The translations under genes were made by a program, and so were the position numbers. Below are positions 1 to 9,079 of a stretch of 38,476 bases of DNA, piece after piece (position 1 is the stretch's first letter; each line of letters begins with the position of its first letter). The stretch is from a candidate division WOR-3 bacterium (GTDB lineage Bacteria > Hydrothermota > Tepidihabitantia > B3-TA06), in the NCBI GenBank assembly GCA_965649265.1, contig CBFGKC010000018.1, positions 1 to 38,476 of the forward strand, in the 5' to 3' direction. The notes under the pieces were generated by a model. It worked only from the letters and a program-made list of their open reading frames with translations. It was not told the DNA's origin and ran no database searches.

Positions 1-85
1 TGTCAATACTCATGGAGATCCCCGCTTTCTTTAATACCATCCTTAAACCCTGGTAACCTTCTCCTGGCGAAATGACTTTCTTTGC

Positions 86-113
86 TTGACATGCGGTCGA
101 CTTAGCTTACAAT
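86..113 (+). promoter_or_regulatory. sigma70-type promoter TTGACA-N16-TACAAT for the EIIA-CBS/permease operon
   Basis: TTGACA 86-91, TACAAT 108-113, 20 nt upstream of ATG 134. Confidence 0.75.
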
Positions 114-133
114 TTAGACCCAACAGGAATAAC

Positions 134-1036
134 ATGAAGTTAGTGAATTTAATCAAGCAGGAAAGAATTTTCTGCGGGCTCAAGGCAAGAGACCTCAAAG
201 AAGCCATAAAACTTCTCGTGCCTCTGGTTGCTTCAGATTACAGTGAAGAAAGCCAGAAGAGGATTACGGCAGAGGTCCTTGAACGCGAAAGGCTTGTTTC
301 GACGATAGTAGGAAGGGGTGTGGCTATCCCTCATGCTCGTTCGACCGAAGTCACACAATTCGTTATAGGAATCGGCATCTTCCCCGAAGGACTCGGCGAT
401 CATACGGTCGACAATGAACCCCTGAAAGTTATCTTCCTTATGCTTGAGCAGAATCGCGTGACCAAGCTTTTCATGAAAAGCCTGGGCGTAATTTCCCGGC
501 TCGTTCTCATGGACGAAAATATTGAAAAAATCGCGGCGGCCTCTTCGCCCGCAGATGTCACAAATATAATAGATGCGGCGAACCTCGACGTTGCCGAGCG
601 TCTCTCGTCAGGAGACATAGCTAGACGGGTCGAGCCGCTGCGTCTGGGCATGAATCTGAAGGACGCTGCCGATCTTTTCTTTCGCAACAATACCCACACA
701 CTTCCCGTGCTAGACGCGCAAAACGAAGTCGTAGGGATTTTACGTGCTTCCGATCTTGTGAACGCAGCGCTGCCGGAGTATGCAAAGATGATCGGTGATC
801 TGCATTTTCTTTCGGAATTTGAACCATTCGATCGCTTCCTTGAGAAAGAAGACGAAATGTTAGTTGATGCTGTGATGACGAAGAATTATTACTCGGTTGA
901 CGAGGCCGCACCCATAATAGAGGTAGCTAGCATTCTAGTTCACCACATGGAGACGGCCCTTGTCGTCAAATCAGAGGGACTCTACTGGGGAATGGTCTCC
1001 TTGAGAGATGTAATAACAAAGGTGATGAGAGTCTAG
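134..1036 (+). CDS. PTS EIIA (Ntr/Fru-type) domain fused to a CBS-domain pair
   Basis: EIIA motif 'ERERLVSTIVGRGVAIPHAR' with the phospho-His; C-terminal CBS pair ('LPVLDAQNEVVGIL', 'GMVSLRDVI'). Start moved to ATG 134 (AGGA SD) because the ORF-track TTG 86 is the -35 box. Confidence 0.85.
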   Translation: MKLVNLIKQERIFCGLKARDLKEAIKLLVPLVASDYSEESQKRITAEVLERERLVSTIVGRGVAIPHARSTEVTQFVIGIGIFPEGLGDHTVDNEPLKVIFLMLEQNRVTKLFMKSLGVISRLVLMDENIEKIAAASSPADVTNIIDAANLDVAERLSSGDIARRVEPLRLGMNLKDAADLFFRNNTHTLPVLDAQNEVVGILRASDLVNAALPEYAKMIGDLHFLSEFEPFDRFLEKEDEMLVDAVMTKNYYSVDEAAPIIEVASILVHHMETALVVKSEGLYWGMVSLRDVITKVMRV

Positions 1037-1044
1037 TCCTAAAG

Positions 1045-2328
1045 ATGTTCAATTTTCCCATAATAGCCTCGGCCGTCATCCTGATAGGAGCTTACGTTGC
1101 GATAAGCACAGAAAAGGTTCACAAGGCCATAATCGCTCTGATTGGTGCAGCGTTAGTAATGCTCCTGAAGCTCATGAGCGCTTCCGAGGCCTTTTCTGCA
1201 ATAGATTTCAACGTGATCTTCTTACTCATGGGAATGATGATTATCGTCAACATCACCAGTCACACTGGCGTATTCCAGTGGCTGGCGATAAAGGCAGCCA
1301 AGATCGCCCGCGGAAAACCCATCGCGCTTCTCATTATCTTCTCAGTGCTCACTGCTGTGATCTCCGCGTTCCTTGATAACGTCACAACAGTCCTGCTCGT
1401 CGGACCAGTGACGCTGCTTATTGCGCGGGAGCTTAAGGTAGACCCTGTTCCGTTCATGATCTCGGAGGCGCTTGCTTCGAACATCGGAGGCACCGCTACC
1501 CTCATAGGCGACCCTCCGAACATAATGATAGGCTCGACCGCTAATCTCTCCTTCATCGATTTCGGGGCCAACCTGACACCTGGCGTGCTAGTAATCCTCC
1601 TCTTCTTCTGTCTGACGCTGTGGGTGGTATTCCGCAAAAGACTTCAGACGACTCCAGAGCTTATGGCTCGCATCCAGACGCTCGACGAAAAGAAGGCAAT
1701 AACCGACAAATCCATGCTCATAAAAAGTCTCGTTGTGATAGGTGCCGTAATCGCCGCCTTTCTTGTGCACAGCGAGCTTGGTTATGAACCGGGTGAGATA
1801 GCCCTGGCTGGCGCGGCAATCCTCCTTCTCCTCAAGGGCGGCAGCCCTGAGGAAACGCTTAAAGAGGTAGACTGGACCACAATTCTCTTCTTCATCGGGC
1901 TCTTCATCGTGGTAGGCGCAACGGTCAAAGCCGGGCTAATCAACCTTCTCGCAAAGTGGCTTCTTGAACTTACAAGAGGTAACCCCATCGTGACCGGACT
2001 CGTGGTCCTCTGGGCGTCCGCCTTCCTTTCGGCTTTCATCGACAACATTCCTTACGTTGCGACTATGATACCCTTAATCCTGGCGCTCAAGGGCTCGATG
2101 GACGTAACGCCATTGTGGTGGGCGCTTTCACTCGGGGCCTGCCTTGGCGGAAACGGCACTCTCGTGGGAGCATCGGCAAACGTTGTAATCTCGGGTATCG
2201 CCGGTAAAAGCGGGTATCCCATTCATTTCCTTCGCTTCACGAAGTACGGCATGCCGATAATGATTCTTACACTCATTATTTCGAGCATCTACCTCCTTCT
2301 AAGATACTATATGCCGCTCTTGCGTTAG
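1045..2328 (+). CDS. ArsB/NhaD (IT superfamily, P-protein-like) anion/cation permease, paralog 1
   Basis: Highly hydrophobic; motifs 'SAFLDNVTTVLL', 'SNIGGTATLIGDPPNIMIG', 'SAFIDNIPYVATM', 'GACLGGNGTLVGASAN'. Confidence 0.9.
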   Translation: MFNFPIIASAVILIGAYVAISTEKVHKAIIALIGAALVMLLKLMSASEAFSAIDFNVIFLLMGMMIIVNITSHTGVFQWLAIKAAKIARGKPIALLIIFSVLTAVISAFLDNVTTVLLVGPVTLLIARELKVDPVPFMISEALASNIGGTATLIGDPPNIMIGSTANLSFIDFGANLTPGVLVILLFFCLTLWVVFRKRLQTTPELMARIQTLDEKKAITDKSMLIKSLVVIGAVIAAFLVHSELGYEPGEIALAGAAILLLLKGGSPEETLKEVDWTTILFFIGLFIVVGATVKAGLINLLAKWLLELTRGNPIVTGLVVLWASAFLSAFIDNIPYVATMIPLILALKGSMDVTPLWWALSLGACLGGNGTLVGASANVVISGIAGKSGYPIHFLRFTKYGMPIMILTLIISSIYLLLRYYMPLLR

Positions 2329-2428
2329 GCTACTGTCTAACTGAAAATCAGACAAATGACTTATTGAACGTGGCAGGGTTTATTTTAAAAAAAGCCATGA
2401 GTCGAAATAAGGAGGATATTACTTAGTA

Positions 2429-3730
2429 GTGAATCACTTCCCTTTAATAGCTTCCGCATCAATACTCGCCATAGCCTACGTCTCCTTGGGATTAGAAAAA
2501 TTGCCAAAGGCCGTCATCGCTTTGCTTGCCGCCACGGCGGTTCTGCTCCTGAAGCTCCTGACCCAGGCCGAAGCATTCGCAGCGATAGACTTCAATGTGG
2601 TTTTTCTCCTTACAGGCATGATGATTATCATCGACATTACCGGACACACGGGTATTTTTCAATGGATTGCTATCAAGGTTGCGAAGACGGTCAGGGGACA
2701 ACCTCTTCCTTTGCTGATTGTTTTCTCACTTGTTACGGCTGTTTTATCCGCGCTCCTTGACAATGTAACGACAGTCCTCCTCGTTGGTCCGGTAAGCCTT
2801 CTCATCACACGTGAACTCAGGCTCGATCCGGTTCCGTTCATGATATCGGAGGCCCTGGCCTCCAACATAGGGGGTACGGCTACCCTGGTCGGGGACCCGC
2901 CCAATATTATGATTGGTTCAGCCGCACATTTGAACTTCATGGATTTTATCGCTAATCTAGCCCCGGGTGTGATAGTAATTCTCATTGTATTCGTCGTTAC
3001 CATCTGGTTTGTGTTCCGCAAGCGCATAAGTACTTCCCCGGAACTCAGGGCAAGAGTAATGTCCATGGACGAGAAGAAGGCAATAAAGGATAAGCCGCTG
3101 CTATATAAATCTCTTGCGGTGATCGGCCTTGTTATAGCGGCTTTTCTTCTTCACGGAAGACTGGGATACGAAGCGGGCGAGATAGCCCTCGCTGGAGCAG
3201 CCGTGCTTCTTCTTCTCAAGGGAGGAAGCCCCGAGGAAACCATAAAAGAAGTCGACTGGTCCACCATTATTTTTTTCATAGGTCTCTTTATCGTGGTCGG
3301 AGCGACCGTCAAGGCGGGCCTGATCAACATATTAGCGAAAGGACTTCTCGGACTCACAAAAGGCAACCCGATAGTGACCGGGCTCGTGATTCTCTGGGCG
3401 TCAGCCTTCCTTTCGGCCTTCATCGACAATATCCCTTACGTCGCAACCATGATACCTTTGATCCTTGCGCTCAAGGGTTCGATGGACGTGACCCCCCTGT
3501 GGTGGGCACTTTCCCTGGGTGCCTGTCTCGGTGGAAACGGAACCCTGGTTGGAGCCTCGGCTAATGTCGTGCTGTCGGGCATTTCAGGAAAAAGCGGGTA
3601 CCCCATCCACTTCCTTCGTTTCACGAAATACGGGATGCCGATCATGATCCAGACGCTTTTAATATCAAGTGTCTACTTACTCCTTCGGTACTACTGGCCG
3701 CAGGTTTTAGCAATTCTCGGCTTTAACTAA
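2429..3730 (+). CDS. ArsB/NhaD family permease, paralog 2
   Basis: Same motifs; C-terminal half nearly identical in protein to paralog 1; AGGAGG SD before GTG. Confidence 0.9.
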   Translation: MNHFPLIASASILAIAYVSLGLEKLPKAVIALLAATAVLLLKLLTQAEAFAAIDFNVVFLLTGMMIIIDITGHTGIFQWIAIKVAKTVRGQPLPLLIVFSLVTAVLSALLDNVTTVLLVGPVSLLITRELRLDPVPFMISEALASNIGGTATLVGDPPNIMIGSAAHLNFMDFIANLAPGVIVILIVFVVTIWFVFRKRISTSPELRARVMSMDEKKAIKDKPLLYKSLAVIGLVIAAFLLHGRLGYEAGEIALAGAAVLLLLKGGSPEETIKEVDWSTIIFFIGLFIVVGATVKAGLINILAKGLLGLTKGNPIVTGLVILWASAFLSAFIDNIPYVATMIPLILALKGSMDVTPLWWALSLGACLGGNGTLVGASANVVLSGISGKSGYPIHFLRFTKYGMPIMIQTLLISSVYLLLRYYWPQVLAILGFN

Positions 3731-3820
3731 AGCGCTTTCCGTCAACTTCGGGATAACAAGTCCAATATTTATAACTTGATGAGTTCCATGGAATTTTAAT
3801 CGAGAGGGGTTCAAAAAGGA

Positions 3821-5152
3821 TTGATTCTGAATATAATCTTTTTAATGAACACTCAGGCGTGGATGGCGGTGGCTATATTCTGTCTCGCATACGTAGCGAT
3901 TGCCACGGAGAGGATAGACAGGACCCTGGTGGCTCTTGCAGGTGCCGCTCTAATGCTGGCTACACGGATAGTCGATCAGGAGAATGCGTTCCATCAAATA
4001 GATTTGAACGTGATATTCCTGCTTGCGGGAATGATGATAGTGGTCAGCGTCATAAAACGATCGGGGCTCTTTGAATGGATTGCCATCGTTACGGCCAAAA
4101 TGTCGGGCGGCAGGCCATTTCTTCTTTTGGTTTTGCTTTCGACAATCACGGCCGTGATTTCCGCCTTCCTCGATAACGTAACAACTGTTCTTTTCATAGC
4201 TCCTATAACCCTTCTTATTGCCACTCAACTCAAGATCAATCCCGTACCATTCATCATAAGCGAGGCACTTGCTTCAAACATAGGCGGGACTGCGACTCTG
4301 ATTGGAGATCCACCAAACATTCTAATAGGCAGTGCCGCACGCTTAAGCTTCATTGATTTTGTGAGCAATTTGATGCCGCTGGTATTGGTGGTCTTTGTTG
4401 TGTTTCTCGTCTTTTCCCGGCTGCTGTTTTCGAAGGAATTAAGCAAGGAGAAACCTCACCCTGAGATGCTCGGTATGCTCGATCCGGCAAGGGCGATAAG
4501 AGATCGTTACCTTGTATGGAAATCGCTGGCTGTTTTGGGTGTTATCCTTGTTTTCTTCACGCTTCACGATTTGCTCAAGCTCGAACCGGCAACGGTCGCC
4601 CTGGGCGGTGCGGCCCTCCTCCTCCTTCTTACGCAGCTTCCGCCTAGAAAAGAGAAGATGGACTCCCTTGAGAATATCCTCGCCGAGATTGACTGGCATA
4701 CACTTTTTTTCTTCATCGGCATGTTCATAATGATCTCGGGATTGGAGTCCACAGGAGTCATAAAGGAGCTTCTTAGCATCATCACCTCGGCGAGTGAAGG
4801 TCGGGTACTATTCCTTTCGTTAATAATTCTTTGGGGCTCGGCTTTATTGACGTTTGTCACGTCGTCCGTCCCTTTTGTTATTGCAATGCTTCCGGTAATC
4901 AAGGGACTCGCCGCTCACGGCTTGCAACCCGTTGAACCTTTGTGGTGGGCCCTTGCGCTTGGGGCATGCCTCGGAGGAAACGGTACGCTTATCGGCGCGG
5001 CCGCGAACATGGTCATTGCAGGGGTTTCGACGAAATCGGGCTACAAAATTAGCTTCTGGACCTTTACAAAAAAAGGAATGCCCATAACGATCGTCTCCCT
5101 CATTCTTTCGAGTCTATATATCTGGGTGCGATACTTTCTCCTAAAGCAATAA
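3821..5152 (+). CDS. ArsB/NhaD family permease, paralog 3 (more divergent)
   Basis: First-half motifs conserved; second 'DNIP' motif replaced by 'SSVP'; start could be TTG 3821 or ATG 3845. Confidence 0.88.
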   Translation: MILNIIFLMNTQAWMAVAIFCLAYVAIATERIDRTLVALAGAALMLATRIVDQENAFHQIDLNVIFLLAGMMIVVSVIKRSGLFEWIAIVTAKMSGGRPFLLLVLLSTITAVISAFLDNVTTVLFIAPITLLIATQLKINPVPFIISEALASNIGGTATLIGDPPNILIGSAARLSFIDFVSNLMPLVLVVFVVFLVFSRLLFSKELSKEKPHPEMLGMLDPARAIRDRYLVWKSLAVLGVILVFFTLHDLLKLEPATVALGGAALLLLLTQLPPRKEKMDSLENILAEIDWHTLFFFIGMFIMISGLESTGVIKELLSIITSASEGRVLFLSLIILWGSALLTFVTSSVPFVIAMLPVIKGLAAHGLQPVEPLWWALALGACLGGNGTLIGAAANMVIAGVSTKSGYKISFWTFTKKGMPITIVSLILSSLYIWVRYFLLKQ

Positions 5153-5185
5153 CTCGAGTAGTTCCTGGGAAACTTCGGCAGAGGA

Positions 5186-5213
5186 TTGACAAGAGCTTCA
5201 TGTCTTCTATACT
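5186..5213 (+). promoter_or_regulatory. promoter TTGACA-N16-TATACT
   Basis: TTGACA 5186-5191, TATACT 5208-5213, upstream of AAGGAGG SD and ATG 5241. Confidence 0.75.
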
Positions 5214-5240
5214 TAAATTATACAGTGATTAAGGAGGCCT

Positions 5241-6065
5241 ATGAAAAAGATTTTAGTTTTCGCATCCCTGGCGCTGCTTGCGCTCGTTGGTTGTTTTATG
5301 AATTACACCCACAGAGAAGACCAAACAGCCACCGAAACATACAAGGCGTCTCTTTACACAAAAGTCATACTCGAGACCGAAAACGGTAAGATTGAAGCCA
5401 CAGCAGTCCCCGGCGATTCGAGCATCAAAGTCGTCCTTACAAGATGGGCAACCGGCTTCTCTAAATCCGATGCGCTTGAGCATCTAACCGACATAAAGGT
5501 TAACGTTGACGAAGACACGACGTCAAAGGTGCTGCGAATAGTAGTAAGCATACCGGACCTCACCGCGTACAGCCTGGGCTGCGACGCAGTTATCACGCTC
5601 CCGGAATCCCTCTACGTCGATCTCGAAACTTCCAACGGCAAGATAACCGCAGGCGGGCACAAGAACGGACTGAAACTTAGAACCTCAAACGGCGCGATAG
5701 AGCTTTCACAAACAGCCGGCGACGCAAGTCTCGAAACTTCCAACGGCGCCATATACGTTTATACCCATACCGGCAACATCGAGGGCGAAACTTCTAACGG
5801 GGCCATCGATGCAGATGTAATCATGCCCGTTGCCGACGGCATCTGTAAGTTCTCCTCCTCCAACGGCGCTATCGAGCTTGCCGTTCCCGATTCAGTCGGT
5901 GCGACCATATGGCTGGAAACGTCAAACGGGTCTATCACCATAAGCGGTTTTGAACTCGGCGACCACAACCCGGACAATAATATATTCGAGAGCACGATTG
6001 GCGACGAGTCTGGAACTATCGATTTGAGAACCTCGAACGGTGCAGTTACGTTTAAGAAGCTCTGA
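5241..6065 (+). CDS. DUF4097-family beta-strand-repeat (putative adhesin) lipoprotein
   Basis: Lipobox 'LVGC'; eight xT(S/E)NG-type repeats. Confidence 0.8.
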   Translation: MKKILVFASLALLALVGCFMNYTHREDQTATETYKASLYTKVILETENGKIEATAVPGDSSIKVVLTRWATGFSKSDALEHLTDIKVNVDEDTTSKVLRIVVSIPDLTAYSLGCDAVITLPESLYVDLETSNGKITAGGHKNGLKLRTSNGAIELSQTAGDASLETSNGAIYVYTHTGNIEGETSNGAIDADVIMPVADGICKFSSSNGAIELAVPDSVGATIWLETSNGSITISGFELGDHNPDNNIFESTIGDESGTIDLRTSNGAVTFKKL

Positions 6066-6100
6066 GACGCGTTAAACCGTGTAAGCAAGGAGGAGTAACA

Positions 6101-6922
6101 GTGAAAAGGTTAATTCCGGTATTGTTAATAGTCCTTATGTCTTCGTGCACACGCTATGAACACAAGGAGATAATAACTGAGAATCACAATTTCGACGCGG
6201 GCGGTATTAAGATATTTGATGTCGAGACCGGTAACGGCAATATCATTTCATCGGTAAAGAAAGGCGATTCATTGTATGTAACGCTTGACCTGTGGGCAAC
6301 CGGCAAGGACAGCGCCGATGCCGTGGCATACATAGACTCCATAAACGTCCACATAACTCCTGACACCTCAGACAGTTCGCTAAGAATATTCATAGAGCTG
6401 CCGGTGCTCGATCCAGCCGCACTGAGAACTTACGGTGCCGATGTGACAATTTTCACTCCTGAGTCCGTTGTCCTGAACCTTGAAACCTCGAACGGTGATG
6501 TTTCGGTAGGTGACCAGGAAGCCGACTTTTACCTTACTTCATCGAACGGGGATTTGAAGATCGCCAACACTAAAGGTTACGCACGTCTAAACACCTCGAA
6601 CGGGTCGGTCACGGTCTCAAAACACGAAGGAAATATTCAGGCGGTGACATCCAACGGCGATATGAATGCAAACGTGATAATGCCCAAGTCTAACGGTACG
6701 TGTTCCTTTAAAACATCCAACGGCTCGATAACGCTAGCGGTGCCTGATTCTGTCGGTGCGTCAATCTGGCTCAAGACCTCCAACGGAAAGATAACGGTTA
6801 CCGGCCTCAACCTCACGGATACCAACGACGAAGAAAACATATACCAGGCCGTAACCGGAGACGGTTCTGGAACGATTGAAGCGGAAACGTCTAACAGGGA
6901 TATTGAACTCAAAAAGCTTTAA
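6101..6922 (+). CDS. DUF4097-family beta-strand-repeat lipoprotein, paralog
   Basis: Lipobox 'MSSC'; repeated TSNG motifs; shares 'LAVPDSVGA.IWL.TSNG' and terminal 'KKL' with the upstream gene. Confidence 0.8.
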   Translation: MKRLIPVLLIVLMSSCTRYEHKEIITENHNFDAGGIKIFDVETGNGNIISSVKKGDSLYVTLDLWATGKDSADAVAYIDSINVHITPDTSDSSLRIFIELPVLDPAALRTYGADVTIFTPESVVLNLETSNGDVSVGDQEADFYLTSSNGDLKIANTKGYARLNTSNGSVTVSKHEGNIQAVTSNGDMNANVIMPKSNGTCSFKTSNGSITLAVPDSVGASIWLKTSNGKITVTGLNLTDTNDEENIYQAVTGDGSGTIEAETSNRDIELKKL

Positions 6923-7008
6923 TAAACACACTTTGCCTTTTCTCTTGAACGTGAACGATTTTTGGGTTGATTAACATAGATATTACGAACTAATCGCGAG
7001 GGAAAGCT

Positions 7009-7635
7009 ATGGATACATCGTTAATATTACGAAATGCAGGACCCGGTGATGCCCGTAAAGCCTCAGAGCTCATCTACTCGACGGGACCGCAGTCTTTCAA
7101 CCTGGTCTACGGTTCGCACGACAAGGCCCTCGCGTTGATATCGAAAATGTTTGCGTGCACTAAAAACATTTCAAGCTTCGAGTATTCGACCGTCGCCGTG
7201 ATCGATAAAACCGTCGTTGGCGTCATTGTACTTTTTGAAAAAAAAGACATTTTGGAAACACAGGCTAGAACTGGATCCATACTCCTGCAAATGGTGGGTC
7301 CCCTTTTTCTTTTACTAAGAATGCCCGTTTTCATTCGTCAATCCAGATTAAATCCTGAAGCCTGCAAAGACGAACTCTTCGTGGCCGATGTTGCCGTTTC
7401 ACCCGATGCGAGGGGGAGGGGGATAGGCAGGGCACTTATGAAGCATGCGGAAAAAATCGCTCGCGGAAAGGAACTTCCCAAATTATCTCTCGGGGTCAGC
7501 AAAGGTAACCTGCCCGCAATAGGGCTCTACAAAAACCTGGGTTATACAATTACAGAGGAGCATACAGACGAATGGTTTAAAAGACGTTACGGCTTTCCAG
7601 GCGTATTCAAGATGGTCAAGACAATAAAGTTTTGA
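7009..7635 (+). CDS. GNAT family N-acetyltransferase
   Basis: Acetyl-CoA motif A 'VAVSPDARGRGIGRALM' and motif B 'NLPAIGLYKNLGY'. Confidence 0.88.
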   Translation: MDTSLILRNAGPGDARKASELIYSTGPQSFNLVYGSHDKALALISKMFACTKNISSFEYSTVAVIDKTVVGVIVLFEKKDILETQARTGSILLQMVGPLFLLLRMPVFIRQSRLNPEACKDELFVADVAVSPDARGRGIGRALMKHAEKIARGKELPKLSLGVSKGNLPAIGLYKNLGYTITEEHTDEWFKRRYGFPGVFKMVKTIKF

Positions 7636-7697
7636 TTATCAAACATTAAACCTAATAAATTTTTAATAACGTTTACCTTGATGTTACCCTCGCTTCC

Positions 7698-7725
7698 TTG
7701 ACAGGCTTGGAAATATTAGTACTAT
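7698..7725 (+). promoter_or_regulatory. promoter TTGACA-N16-TACTAT of the sulfonolipid-like operon
   Basis: TTGACA 7698-7703, TACTAT 7720-7725. Confidence 0.7.
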
Positions 7726-7785
7726 TGGAACTGTATAGTTTCTGGTTAAACTCATGCGCAGAACAATCGCAAAACCGGAGGATAT

Positions 7786-7974
7786 ATGGCTTCAAAAAAT
7801 AACGATATCGAAAGGGCGGCGGATGAAAGAAAATCGGTCAAGTTGCATCTGGATTGGTGGGCATTCATTGTCGCTTGCCTCTTGACTCTAGGATTGCTTA
7901 TCTGGCAGTGGCTGGGTGGAACACCAACGGTGCCTTTCAGCTCTATAATAAAATTCATGCTCCCTGGAGGCTGA
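7786..7974 (+). CDS. small single-pass membrane protein, first gene of the YeiH/cysteate operon
   Basis: GGAGG SD; one TM helix 'WWAFIVACLLTLGLLIWQWL'; stop is 1 nt before the GTG of the next gene. Confidence 0.7.
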   Translation: MASKNNDIERAADERKSVKLHLDWWAFIVACLLTLGLLIWQWLGGTPTVPFSSIIKFMLPGG

Positions 7975-7975
7975 G

Positions 7976-9073
7976 GTGACGGAAAAGAAGAAAAACGTTT
8001 GGGGTTTCATTTCCGGCTTATTGCTTCTTGTAGTCATTGGATTCGTTTCGCTTTACCTTTCGGAGCTCTTTAAGAAGGTTATACACGTTGAATGGCTTAA
8101 TGCGATTTTGGGGTCAAACGTAATTGTTGCGATTGTTCTCGGGATGCTCATCAACAACGTACTCATAGAACGCATAAGGGGTCTTGCCGATTTTCTGGCT
8201 CCAGGCCTTGAGGCTTACGAGTTTCTTCTTAAGTTGGGAATAGTTTTCCTCGGCGCACGGATTTTGATATCTGACCTTCTCAAGCTGGGCGGTCTTGGCC
8301 TGGGCATGGTCGTCGTGGAAATACTCTTCTCGATTTTCTTTGTTACCCTAATAGCCAGACTATTCAAGCTTGATGAAAAAATCGGGTCCCTTCTCTCCGT
8401 GGGAGTCGGCATATGCGGCGTATCCGCAATAATCGGAACTACAGGAGCCATAAACGCAAAAAAAGAGGAAGCCAACTACGCGATTGCAGTCATTCTGATC
8501 TTCGGTGCCGCCGCAATGATAGTTTATCCACTTATAGGTGCGCTCCTTCACATGAATCAAACCCTCTTCGGAATCTGGTCAGGCCTCGCGGTAGATAACA
8601 CCGCCGAAGCCATCGCGACAGGGCAGCTTTACGATCAGGTAAGAAACGCATCCGGTGCCCTGCAGGCGGCAACCATCGCAAAAATGTGCCGCAACGCTCT
8701 TATGGGATTCGTAATCCTCGGTTTCGCCATTTACTATGCGTCAAAGGGCATGACCAGGCAGATTAATAACAAGGGTCGATTTCTTTGGCAGAAATTTCCC
8801 AAGTTCGTCCTTGGGTTCGTCTTATTCGCGGTGCTCGCTTCGCTTGGAGTGTTCGGCGCCCAGAAATCGCCCATGCTTGTATCCTTAAAATCTCTCGAAA
8901 ACTGGGCTTTTCTTTTTACTTTTGCCGGAGTAGGGCTCAGAACAAGGTTTTCGGATATGGCCAAAACGGGTTGGAAACCTTTTGTCGTAGGTATAGCGGC
9001 GGAGACGAGCGTTGCCCTCGTGACATTAATTATGGTTCTTCTGCTGGGTGGTCTTTTGACCCTGAAAACATAG
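7976..9073 (+). CDS. yeiH: YeiH / putative sulfate exporter (PSE) family membrane protein
   Basis: 'LLKLGIVFLGARI', 'GVGICGVSAI', 'ATIAKMCRNALMG', 'FPKFVLGF', 'FAGVGLRT' are typical of YeiH/UPF0324. Confidence 0.85.
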   Translation: MTEKKKNVWGFISGLLLLVVIGFVSLYLSELFKKVIHVEWLNAILGSNVIVAIVLGMLINNVLIERIRGLADFLAPGLEAYEFLLKLGIVFLGARILISDLLKLGGLGLGMVVVEILFSIFFVTLIARLFKLDEKIGSLLSVGVGICGVSAIIGTTGAINAKKEEANYAIAVILIFGAAAMIVYPLIGALLHMNQTLFGIWSGLAVDNTAEAIATGQLYDQVRNASGALQAATIAKMCRNALMGFVILGFAIYYASKGMTRQINNKGRFLWQKFPKFVLGFVLFAVLASLGVFGAQKSPMLVSLKSLENWAFLFTFAGVGLRTRFSDMAKTGWKPFVVGIAAETSVALVTLIMVLLLGGLLTLKT

Positions 9074-9079
9074 GGAAAA

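Noticed and set aside
7009-7635. GNAT as the capnine N-acyltransferase
   Set aside because: It is a short ordinary acetyltransferase-type GNAT and is separated from the operon by an AT-rich gap and the operon's own promoter; adjacency is the only support
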